Shown in pieces: positions 10,408-22,400 of a stretch of 61,914 bases of DNA; within the stretch, counting starts at the first letter, position 1, and each line of letters starts with the position of its first letter. This DNA is from Tubulanus polymorphus. Taxonomy: Eukaryota > Animalia > Nemertea. Location: NCBI RefSeq assembly GCF_964204645.1, contig NW_027437475.1, positions 1 to 61,914 on the forward strand, written 5' to 3'. The notes below the pieces were generated by a model. It saw nothing but the letters and a program-made list of their open reading frames with translations. It made no database searches and had not been told where the DNA came from. The translations under genes and the position numbers were made by a program.

Positions 10408-12375
10408 TACTCGTAGAAGATTTTTTGCTGAATTCATTGTGGGATTTGTCTCGTTATTCACCATACATGGATATTGTGTATTTACTTCTCATTTTCATGT
10501 TGGTTTTGAACAACTTAAATTTTGCGATTCTAGTACCTTATTAACTTTAGATGACAGTAATACCTTCAATTTACATGTAAAATATGATCACTGCTGAAAG
10601 TGTAATAAGGAATATATATTTACTCCAGTGACAATATTTTGATTCTAAGATTTAATTCAATCATATAGTCCGAGTCTGTATGGTAAAACTTCTGGCTAAC
10701 CAAGAGCTAACCGAATACCGACAATAGAAGGTGGTCGCTTAAAAATTAGTTAATTTACGCAACAGGAATCTATCTTGATTTCAAGGGCACTTCAATTAAT
10801 CGTTTCAATAGTGACCACTGTAAATTAGCTAGTAGTTTAAATGACCGAATTCAATCAACCGATTCGTATCCTAAGAATGAGAATTGTATCTAACCACAGT
10901 AGTTATTCCTCATCAAACGTTCGGTCATCATATTATACATCTATACATCATTACTATCATCTTTAGTTAACAGAAGTGCAATTAAATCTAGAATCTATGA
11001 GTTGAGTTTTTTTAGACATAATAAATTGTGTTGATTTTATGTTAGTTAAATCAAATATTGGGAATATTTTACCGGGGGATTTTTACTTTGGGGATAATAA
11101 GCTAAATTATTTTATATCATCGGTTTTCATTAAGAAAAATTAAAAAAATTAATCTTAACTACACTTATATTCCTTTTGGAGCATTAAGATTCTTTCATTG
11201 AATTAAATATGTTATTTCGTACAATAGTTCATCACAGTGCGTCATTCACGCTTAAATGTACAAAACTTCTTTACAGAGTTCAAAATATAAACCAACAATC
11301 TCATCTCAAGCATGTACTAGCGATGACGCTATGGGATAAAACCAAGTCTCGATTCATTGCCTAAAACGTGGGTACATTCATTCAAATCAGGACTAAAATA
11401 CGCTTATATGAATATCTTGCATGATATCATTTTACATTACGGGTGTCTCATAGGCCTGGTTTTACTTGTACATTGTCATCAATTGATTAAACATCCCAAG
11501 TAACTTCTTTATTTACTTATGGCTTAATCACTGGTATTCAATAGCTAGTCGGCTATAGAAAGACTAACCCGATAAAATTCCATTAACCGTTCGTCCAGAG
11601 TCGAACACTGTTCGCGCGTTAATTCGCAACGATTTTAAAGAAAGAAAATGATTGCATGAAATCTACTTTTCGTATCAATCGGCGTCCAATCTCTTAAACC
11701 ATCCTAAACACAGAAGTGTAGTAGTTTGTGTCTATTTGCTTTTGCTGATGTCATTTAACATAACAATGGAAATGTATTCGTTTATTTGGAAATTATATGA
11801 AGAAATGGAGTAATCATGTGACAAATCAAATTATTACTGCAAGGCAAAACATAGCGCACTTCAGATATATGATATGGTCTTAAAGACTTTTCATATATTA
11901 ACAGTCCAGTTTAACGTCTATTGATATGAATAGTCCAGTTTTGATATGACTGTCGCAACAGTTGGAATAAAACCTATGAAATCTAGGGGCATTTATCTCA
12001 TGAAATTTAGATTTGAGATAATTGTATTGTATTGTATGAGGATTAAACATTTCAATGGCTGGTGATTATTTGTGTTAAAGTAATCAGTGAGATGGACTGT
12101 TGATGTAGCCTTGATTGAGGCACTCGGGTCAGATAATATTTTTAGATAAAAAAGTGCATTTGTTAAAGCAGAACACATGATTTTAAACTAAATATAAGTA
12201 GCTAAACCGTTAATTTTCATTCCTAATTTTCATCACTCCCGATTATCAAAAATAATTCAACAGTTTGATTAACGGATAGTTGCAGTTAACAACATTTCTA
12301 TCTGCTAGAGAAGGTATAGAGGTATACAGAGGAACAAGAAAAGAACATCCAACTAGCCACTGGAAAATCTTTATT

Positions 12376-12470
12376 CGGGTTTTTTACCGGGAGCCTTTAC
12401 CTTGGGGTATATTTAACTAGGGGATTTTTACTGAAAGGGACCTTTACGGGGCGAGTTTTTACCCGATCAC
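12376..12470. repeat. Degenerate ~13-17-bp GGGATTTTTAC-type subrepeat array (foldback-like TIR remnant)
   Basis: About six units of GGG..TTTAC. Related clusters occur at 11059-11095 (same orientation) and at 8902-8927 and 10058-10083 (inverted). Confidence 0.55.
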
Positions 12471-12693
12471 ATCGATTATTGAATGACATGTTCGATAAAA
12501 TCATGACAAAAACTAGTATCACTGGTTCAATTTGCTAATTTTCGCTATTCGGGTGGTTCTGTAGATTATTGGCTATACCGTTGGTAACTGACTAGCTATT
12601 TGTATCACTGATCGGACTGTGAAAATATAGCTTTGACAAAACCACAACGAGAAATGAATCACATGCAATATTTTACTCGAAAACGAGCTTAAC

Positions 12694-12726
12694 CATGGAA
12701 TCAGTAACGTATTTTCACAGTCCATG
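12694..12726. mobile_element. CATGG hairpin family copy (related variant)
   Basis: CATGGAATC...CACAGTCCATG, with flanks GCTTAAC / GCTGAAA. Its right arm TATTTTCACAGTCC is also the inverse of GGACTGTGAAAATA at 12614-12627. Confidence 0.5.
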
Positions 12727-12964
12727 GCTGAAATGACGCTGTTGAAAAAATCAATGAGAAATACTGCCTCCGATTTTTATGACGAAAATATAGGAATACA
12801 TTCCGAACAGAATCAAATCAGGTTGTTCTTATTGGTATTGTGTATACATTTCATTTATTAGATATTTCAAGTAATTCGTGTAATTAGGATCCAATAATGG
12901 GTTTTTCTTTCGGTTTTACGTAATTTACAACTTACCAAATATGGACTACATGGTTTGACATTAA

Positions 12965-13405
12965 AACCAGTGAGCATTATGGTATCAAGTTCAACCAAAA
13001 TTGATAACGATCGGCCTTTCGTAGAATCTCCCTGAAGGTCACAATTTTAGTAAATTGACCTTGGGAGGTTTAAACCTCCCGAATCCAATTAGCAAAATAT
13101 CGGTCCTCTATGTCGGCGACAATAAAAGTACCATGCGCGTAACTTTCTATTGTGCGCCTGCCGCGTTTTGGGCACGAGTAGCTCACGTAATCTTAATTGA
13201 AAGTTGAGATCACAGGCAGATATTGAGGTCTATGGCCCACACATAACATCATAAATTGGTCAGGAAATAAAGTGTTTTGTGGTATAGATGACACGTTTGT
13301 ACGATTTTACACTGTAAATTTATCATTTTTTAGGACTTAAGGACCAAATATCGGCAATATTTTTGATACAAACTGAGAAAGTATCAAAACATTTGAGAAC
13401 GCGTT
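12965..13405 (-). repeat. Right terminal inverted repeat (~430-440 bp)
   Basis: Reverse complement of the left TIR. It shares the GGGAGGTTTAAACCTCCC palindrome (13063-13080), the AAGGTCA...TGACCTT hairpin and the terminal TTTTGATAC/GTATCAAAA dyad. Confidence 0.92.
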
Positions 13406-16400
13406 AAACGTCTTTTCTCGCGCTGAACGACGTTTTCGGGTCGAAATGTGCTTTTCCTGACGATTTGAGCGCTTTTACGCATCGACATTGTCGTTTTTCC
13501 GATAGGGGGAATATTTGATACGAAAACGTCTTTTCTCGCGCTGAACGACGTTTTCGGGTCGAAAAGTGCTTTTCCTGACGATTTGAGCGCTTTTACGCAT
13601 CGACATTGTCGTTTTTCCGATAGGGGGAATATTTGATACGAAAACGTCTTTTCTCGCGCTGAACGACGTTTTCGGGTCGAAAAGTGCTTTTCCTGACGAT
13701 TTGAGCGCTTTTACGCATCGACATTGTCGTTTTTCCGATAGGGGGAATATTTGATACGAAAACGTCTTTTCTCGCGCTGAACGACGTTTTCGGAGCGAAA
13801 AGTGCTTTTCCTGACGATTTGAGCGCTTTTACGCATCGACATTGTCGTTTTTCCGATAGGGGGAATATTTGATACGAAAACGTCTTTTCTCGCGCTGAAC
13901 GACGTTTTCGGGTCGAAAAGTGCTTTTCCTGACGATTTGAGCGCTTTTACGCATCGACATTGTCGTTTTTCCGATAGGGGGAATATTTGATACGAAAACG
14001 TCTTTTCTCGCGCTGAACGACGTTTTCGGGTCGAAAAGTGCTTTTCCTGACGATTTGAGCGCTTTTACGCATCGACATTGTCGTTTATCCGATAGGGGGA
14101 ATATTTGATACGAAAACGTCTTTTCTCGCGCTGAACGACGTTTTCGGGTCGAAAAGTGCTTTTCCTGACGATTTGAGCGCTTTTACGCATCGACATTGTC
14201 GTTTTTCCGATAGGGGGAATATTTGATACGAAAACGTCTTTTCTCGCGCTGAACGACGTTTTCGGGTCGAAATGTGCTTTTCCTGACGATTTGAGCGCTT
14301 TTACGCATCGACATTGTCGTTTTTCCGATAGGGGAATATTTGATACGAAAACGTCTTTTCTCGCGCTGAACGACGTTTTCGGGTCGAAAAGTGCTTTTCC
14401 TGACGATTTGAGCGCTTTTACGCATCGACATTGTCGTTTTTCCGATAGGGGGAATATTTGATACGAAAACGTCTTTTCTCGCGCTGAACGACGTTTTCGG
14501 GTCGAAATGTGCTTTTCCTGACGATTTGAGCGCTTTTACGCATCGACATTGTCGTTTTTCCGATAGGGGGAATATTTGATACGAAAACGTCTTTTCTCGC
14601 GCTGAACGACGTTTTCGGGTCGAAAAGTGCTTTTCCTGACGATTTGAGCGCTTTTACGCATCGACATTGTCGTTTTTCCGATAGGGGGAATATTTGATAC
14701 GAAAACGTCTTTTCTCGCGCTGAACGACGTTTTCGGGTCGAAAAGTGCTTTTCCTGACGATTTGAGCGCTTTTACGCATCGACATTGTCGTTTTTCCGAT
14801 AGGGGGAATATTTGATACGAAAACGTCTTTTCTCGCGCTGAACGACGTTTTCGGAGCGAAAAGTGCTTTTCCTGACGATTTGAGCGCTTTTACGCATCGA
14901 CATTGTCGTTTTTCCGATAGGGGGAATATTTGATACGAAAACGTCTTTTCTCGCGCTGAACGACGTTTTTCGGAGCGAAAAGTGCTTTTCCTGACGATTT
15001 GAGCGCTTTTACGCATCGACATTGTCGTTTTTCCGATAGGGGGAATATTTGATACGAAAACGTCTTTTCTCGCGCTGAACGACGTTTTCGGGTCGAAAAG
15101 TGCTTTTCCTGACGATTTGAGCGCTTTTACGCATCGACATTGTCGTTTTTCCGATAGGGGGAATATTTGATACGAAAACGTCTTTTCTCGCGCTGAACGA
15201 CGTTTTCGGGTCGAAAAGTGCTTTTCCTGACGATTTGAGCGCTTTTACGCATCGACATTGTCGTTTTTCCGATAGGGGGAATATTTGATACGAAAACGTC
15301 TTTTCTCGCGCTGAACGACGTTTTCGGGTCGAAAAGTGCTTTTCCTGACGATTTGAGCGCTTTTACGCATCGACATTGTCGTTTTTCCGATAGGGGGAAT
15401 ATTTGATACGAAAACGTCTTTTCTCGCGCTGAACGACGTTTTCGGGTCGAAAAGTGCTTTTCCTGACGATTTGAGCGCTTTTACGCATCGACATTGTCGT
15501 TTTTCCGATAGGGGGAATATTTGATACGAAAACGTCTTTTCTCGCGCTGAACGACGTTTTCGGGTCGAAATGTGCTTTTCCTGACGATTTGAGCGCTTTT
15601 ACGCATCGACATTGTCGTTTTTCCGATAGGGGAATATTTGATACGAAAACGTCTTTTCTCGCGCTGAACGACGTTTTCGGGTCGAAAAGTGCTTTTCCTG
15701 ACGATTTGAGCGCTTTTACGCATCGACATTGTCGTTTTTCCGATAGGGGGAATATTTGATACGAAAACGTCTTTTCTCGCGCTGAACGACGTTTTCGGGT
15801 CGAAAAGTGCTTTTCCTGACGATTTGAGCGCTTTTACGCATCGACATTGTCGTTTTTCCGATAGGGGGAATATTTGATACGAAAACGTCTTTTCTCGCGC
15901 TGAACGACGTTTTCGGGTCGAAAAGTGCTTTTCCTGACGATTTGAGCGCTTTTACGCATCGACATTGTCGTTTTTCCGATAGGGGGAATATTTGATACGA
16001 AAACGTCTTTTCCCGCGCTGAACGACGTTTTCGGGTCGAAAAGTGCTTTTCCTGACGATTTGAGCGCTTTTACGCATCGACATTGTCGTTTTCCGATAGG
16101 GGGAATATTTGATACGAAAACGTCTTTTCTCGCGCTGAACGACGTTTTCGGAGCGAAAAGTGCTTTTCCTGACGATTTGAGCGCTTTTACGCATCGACAT
16201 TGTCGTTTTTCCGATAGGGGGAATATTTGATACGAAAACGTCTTTTCTCGCGCTGAACGACGTTTTCGGGTCGAAAAGTGCTTTTCCTGACGATTTGAGC
16301 GCTTTTACGCATCGACATTGTCGTTTTTCCGATAGGGGGAATATTTGATACGAAAACGTCTTTTCTCGCGCTGAACGACGTTTTCGGGTCGAAATGTGCT

Positions 16401-19400
16401 TTTCCTGACGATTTGAGCGCTTTTACGCATCGACATTGTCGTTTTTCCGATAGGGGGAATATTTGATACGAAAACGTCTTTTCTCGCGCTGAACGACGTT
16501 TTCGGAGCGAAAAGTGCTTTTCCTGACGATTTGAGCGCTTTTACGCATCGACATTGTCGTTTTTCCGATAGGGGGAATATTTGATACGAAAACGTCTTTT
16601 CTCGCGCTGAACGACGTTTTCGGGTCGAAAAGTGCTTTTCCTGACGATTTGAGCGCTTTTACGCATCGACATTGTCGTTTTTCCGATAGGGGGAATATTT
16701 GATACGAAAACGTCTTTTCTCGCGCTGAACGACGTTTTCGGGTCGAAAAGTGCTTTTCCTGACGATTTGAGCGCTTTTACGCATCGACATTGTCGTTTTT
16801 CCGATAGGGGGAATATTTGATACGAAAACGTCTTTTCTCGCGCTGAACGACGTTTTCGGGTCGAAATGTGCTTTTCCTGACGATTTGAGCGCTTTTACGC
16901 ATCGACATTGTCGTTTTTCCGATAGGGGGAATATTTGATACGAAAACGTCTTTTCTCGCGCTGAACGACGTTTTCGGGTCGAAAAGTGCTTTTCCTGACG
17001 ATTTGAGCGCTTTTACGCATCGACATTGTCGTTTTTCCGATAGGGGAAATATTTGATACGAAAACGTCTTTTCTCGCGCTGAACGACGTTTTCGGGTCGA
17101 AATGTGCTTTTCCTGACGATTTGAGCGCTTTTACGCATCGACATTGTCGTTTTTCCGATAGGGGGAATATTTGATACGAAAACGTCTTTTCTCGCGCTGA
17201 ACGACGTTTTCGGAGCGAAAAGTGCTTTTCCTGACGATTTGAGCGCTTTTACGCATCGACATTGTCGTTTTTCCGATAGGGGGAATATTTGATACGAAAA
17301 CGTCTTTTCTCGCGCTGAACGACGTTTTCGGGTCGAAAAGTGCTTTTCCTGACGATTTGAGCGCTTTTACGCATCGACATTGTCGTTTTTCCGATAGGGG
17401 GAATATTTGATACGAAAACGTCTTTTCTCGCGCTGAACGACGTTTTCGGGTCGAAAAGTGCTTTTCCTGACGATTTGAGCGCTTTTACGCATCGACATTG
17501 TCGTTTTTCCGATAGGGGGAATATTTGATACGAAAACGTCTTTTCTCGCGCTGAACGACGTTTTCGGGTCGAAAAGTGCTTTTCCTGACGATTTGAGCGC
17601 TTTTACGCATCGACATTGTCGTTTTTCCGATAGGGGGAATATTTGATACGAAAACGTCTTTTCTCGCGCTGAACGACGTTTTCGGGTCGAAAAGTGCTTT
17701 TCCTGACGATTTGAGCGCTTTTACGCATCGACATTGTCGTTTTTCCGATAGGGGGAATATTTGATACGAAAACGTCTTTTCTCGCGCTGAACGACGTTTT
17801 CGGGTCGAAAAGTGCTTTTCCTGACGATTTGAGCGCTTTTACGCATCGACATTGTCGTTTTTCCGATAGGGGGAATATTTGATACGAAAACGTCTTTTCT
17901 CGCGCTGAACGACGTTTTCGGGTCGAAAAGTGCTTTTCCTGACGATTTGAGCGCTTTTACGCATCGACATTGTCGTTTTTCCGATAGGGGGAATATTTGA
18001 TACGAAAACGTCTTTTCTCGCGCTGAACGACGTTTTCGGGTCGAAAAGTGCTTTTCCTGACGATTTGAGCGCTTTTACGCATCGACATTGTCGTTTTTCC
18101 GATAGGGGGAATATTTGATACGAAAACGTCTTTTCTCGCGCTGAACGACGTTTTCGGGTCGAAAAGTGCTTTTCCTGACGATTTGAGCGCTTTTACGCAT
18201 CGACATTGTCGTTTTTCCGATAGGGGGAATATTTGATACGAAAACGTCTTTTCTCGCGCTGAACGACGTTTTCGGGTCGAAAAGTGCTTTTCCTGACGAT
18301 TTGAGCGCTTTTACGCATCGACATTGTCGTTTTTCCGATAGGGGGAATATTTGATACGAAAACGTCTTTTCTCGCGCTGAACGACGTTTTCGGGTCGAAA
18401 AGTGCTTTTCCTGACGATTTGAGCGCTTTTACGCATCGACATTGTCGTTTTTCCGATAGGGGGAATATTTGATACGAAAACGTCTTTTCTCGCGCTGAAC
18501 GACGTTTTCGGGTCGAAAAGTGCTTTTCCTGACGATTTGAGCGCTTTTACGCATCGACATTGTCGTTTTTCCGATAGGGGGAATATTTGATACGAAAACG
18601 TCTTTTCTCGCGCTGAACGACGTTTTCGGGTCGAAAAGTGCTTTTCCTGACGATTTGAGCGCTTTTACGCATCGACATTGTCGTTTTTCCGATAGGGGGA
18701 ATATTTGATACGAAAACGTCTTTTCTCGCGCTGAACGACGTTTTCGGGTCGAAAAGTGCTTTTCCTGACGATTTGAGCGCTTTTACGCATCGACATTGTC
18801 GTTTTTCCGATAGGGGGAATATTTGATACGAAAACGTCTTTTCTCGCGCTGAACGACGTTTTCGGGTCGAAAAGTGCTTTTCCTGACGATTTGAGCGCTT
18901 TTACGCATCGACATTGTCGTTTTTCCGATAGGGGGAATATTTGATACGAAAACGTCTTTTCTCGCGCTGAACGACGTTTTCGGGTCGAAAAGTGCTTTTC
19001 CTGACGATTTGAGCGCTTTTACGCATCGACATTGTCGTTTTTCCGATAGGGGGAATATTTGATACGAAAACGTCTTTTCTCGCGCTGAACGACGTTTTCG
19101 GGTCGAAAAGTGCTTTTCCTGACGATTTGAGCGCTTTTACGCATCGACATTGTCGTTTTTCCGATAGGGGGAATATTTGATACGAAAACGTCTTTTCTCG
19201 CGCTGAACGACGTTTTCGGGTCGAAAAGTGCTTTTCCTGACGATTTGAGCGCTTTTACGCATCGACATTGTCGTTTTTCCGATAGGGGGAATATTTGATA
19301 CGAAAACGTCTTTTCTCGCGCTGAACGACGTTTTCGGGTCGAAAAGTGCTTTTCCTGACGATTTGAGCGCTTTTACGCATCGACATTGTCGTTTTTCCGA

Positions 19401-22400
19401 TAGGGGGAATATTTGATACGAAAACGTCTTTTCTCGCGCTGAACGACGTTTTCGGGTCGAAAAGTGCTTTTCCTGACGATTTGAGCGCTTTTACGCATCG
19501 ACATTGTCGTTTTTCCGATAGGGGGAATATTTGATACGAAAACGTCTTTTCTCGCGCTGAACGACGTTTTCGGGTCGAAAAGTGCTTTTCCTGACGATTT
19601 GAGCGCTTTTACGCATCGACATTGTCGTTTTTCCGATAGGGGGAATATTTGATACGAAAACGTCTTTTCTCGCGCTGAACGACGTTTTCGGGTCGAAAAG
19701 TGCTTTTCCTGACGATTTGAGCGCTTTTACGCATCGACATTGTCGTTTTTCCGATAGGGGGAATATTTGATACGAAAACGTCTTTTCTCGCGCTGAACGA
19801 CGTTTTCGGGTCGAAAAGTGCTTTTCCTGACGATTTGAGCGCTTTTACGCATCGACATTGTCGTTTTTCCGATAGGGGGAATATTTGATACGAAAACGTC
19901 TTTTCTCGCGCTGAACGACGTTTTCGGGTCGAAAAGTGCTTTTCCTGACGATTTGAGCGCTTTTACGCATCGACATTGTCGTTTTTCCGATAGGGGGAAT
20001 ATTTGATACGAAAACGTCTTTTCTCGCGCTGAACGACGTTTTCGGGTCGAAAAGTGCTTTTCCTGACGATTTGAGCGCTTTTACGCATCGACATTGTCGT
20101 TTTTCCGATAGGGGGAATATTTGATACGAAAACGTCTTTTCTCGCGCTGAACGACGTTTTCGGGTCGAAAAGTGCTTTTCCTGACGATTTGAGCGCTTTT
20201 ACGCATCGACATTGTCGTTTTTCCGATAGGGGGAATATTTGATACGAAAACGTCTTTTCTCGCGCTGAACGACGTTTTCGGGTCGAAAAGTGCTTTTCCT
20301 GACGATTTGAGCGCTTTTACGCATCGACATTGTCGTTTTTCCGATAGGGGGAATATTTGATACGAAAACGTCTTTTCTCGCGCTGAACGACGTTTTCGGG
20401 TCGAAAAGTGCTTTTCCTGACGATTTGAGCGCTTTTACGCATCGACATTGTCGTTTTTCCGATAGGGGGAATATTTGATACGAAAACGTCTTTTCTCGCG
20501 CTGAACGACGTTTTCGGGTCGAAAAGTGCTTTTCCTGACGATTTGAGCGCTTTTACGCATCGACATTGTCGTTTTTCCGATAGGGGGAATATTTGATACG
20601 AAAACGTCTTTTCTCGCGCTGAACGACGTTTTCGGGTCGAAAAGTGCTTTTCCTGACGATTTGAGCGCTTTTACGCATCGACATTGTCGTTTTTCCGATA
20701 GGGGGAATATTTGATACGAAAACGTCTTTTCTCGCGCTGAACGACGTTTTCGGGTCGAAAAGTGCTTTTCCTGACGATTTGAGCGCTTTTACGCATCGAC
20801 ATTGTCGTTTTTCCGATAGGGGGAATATTTGATACGAAAACGTCTTTTCTCGCGCTGAACGACGTTTTCGGGTCGAAAAGTGCTTTTCCTGACGATTTGA
20901 GCGCTTTTACGCATCGACATTGTCGTTTTTCCGATAGGGGGAATATTTGATACGAAAACGTCTTTTCTCGCGCTGAACGACGTTTTCGGGTCGAAAAGTG
21001 CTTTTCCTGACGATTTGAGCGCTTTTACGCATCGACATTGTCGTTTTTCCGATAGGGGGAATATTTGATACGAAAACGTCTTTTCTCGCGCTGAACGACG
21101 TTTTCGGGTCGAAAAGTGCTTTTCCTGACGATTTGAGCGCTTTTACGCATCGACATTGTCGTTTTTCCGATAGGGGGAATATTTGATACGAAAACGTCTT
21201 TTCTCGCGCTGAACGACGTTTTCGGGTCGAAAAGTGCTTTTCCTGACGATTTGAGCGCTTTTACGCATCGACATTGTCGTTTTTCCGATAGGGGGAATAT
21301 TTGATACGAAAACGTCTTTTCTCGCGCTGAACGACGTTTTCGGGTCGAAAAGTGCTTTTCCTGACGATTTGAGCGCTTTTACGCATCGACATTGTCGTTT
21401 TTCCGATAGGGGGAATATTTGATACGAAAACGTCTTTTCTCGCGCTGAACGACGTTTTCGGGTCGAAAAGTGCTTTTCCTGACGATTTGAGCGCTTTTAC
21501 GCATCGACATTGTCGTTTTTCCGATAGGGGGAATATTTGATACGAAAACGTCTTTTCTCGCGCTGAACGACGTTTTCGGGTCGAAAAGTGCTTTTCCTGA
21601 CGATTTGAGCGCTTTTACGCATCGACATTGTCGTTTTTCCGATAGGGGGAATATTTGATACGAAAACGTCTTTTCTCGCGCTGAACGACGTTTTCGGGTC
21701 GAAAAGTGCTTTTCCTGACGATTTGAGCGCTTTTACGCATCGACATTGTCGTTTTTCCGATAGGGGGAATATTTGATACGAAAACGTCTTTTCTCGCGCT
21801 GAACGACGTTTTCGGGTCGAAAAGTGCTTTTCCTGACGATTTGAGCGCTTTTACGCATCGACATTGTCGTTTTTCCGATAGGGGGAATATTTGATACGAA
21901 AACGTCTTTTCTCGCGCTGAACGACGTTTTCGGGTCGAAAAGTGCTTTTCCTGACGATTTGAGCGCTTTTACGCATCGACATTGTCGTTTTTCCGATAGG
22001 GGGAATATTTGATACGAAAACGTCTTTTCTCGCGCTGAACGACGTTTTCGGGTCGAAAAGTGCTTTTCCTGACGATTTGAGCGCTTTTACGCATCGACAT
22101 TGTCGTTTTTCCGATAGGGGGAATATTTGATACGAAAACGTCTTTTCTCGCGCTGAACGACGTTTTCGGGTCGAAAAGTGCTTTTCCTGACGATTTGAGC
22201 GCTTTTACGCATCGACATTGTCGTTTTTCCGATAGGGGGAATATTTGATACGAAAACGTCTTTTCTCGCGCTGAACGACGTTTTCGGGTCGAAAAGTGCT
22301 TTTCCTGACGATTTGAGCGCTTTTACGCATCGACATTGTCGTTTTTCCGATAGGGGGAATATTTGATACGAAAACGTCTTTTCTCGCGCTGAACGACGTT

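Larger units (their letters stand above)
7062..13405. mobile_element. Non-autonomous TIR DNA transposon (6,344 bp), superfamily unassigned, inserted in the satellite
   Basis: The ends AACACGTTCCCAAATGTTTTGATAC... and ...GTATCAAAACATTTGAGAACGCGTT are inverted repeats. They are flanked by AAAC at 7058-7061 and 13406-13409. Removing the element and one AAAC restores the consensus GATACGAAAACGTC. The track shows no ORF over 100 aa inside. Confidence 0.93.

Noticed and set aside
8620-11570. TTTGCTGGG / AACTGGG / CCCAAGTAAC as ends of additional nested TIR elements
   Set aside because: The matches are short, not arranged as facing pairs, and have no demonstrable TSD.
7213-12178. Short ORFs (61-95 aa) inside the insertion as transposase or cargo genes
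   Set aside because: They show no DDE, zinc-finger or other recognisable motif and their lengths are compatible with chance. The TIR ORFs (7213-7473) are not preserved in the right TIR because of indels. Spliced micro-exons cannot be fully excluded.
7064-13403. Canonical piggyBac boundaries (CACG...CGCG with TTAA TSD)
   Set aside because: TTAA is present only on the right (13404-13407) and the left reads ACAA. The satellite has no TTAA target, and these boundaries do not restore the monomer, whereas the AAAC TSD does.
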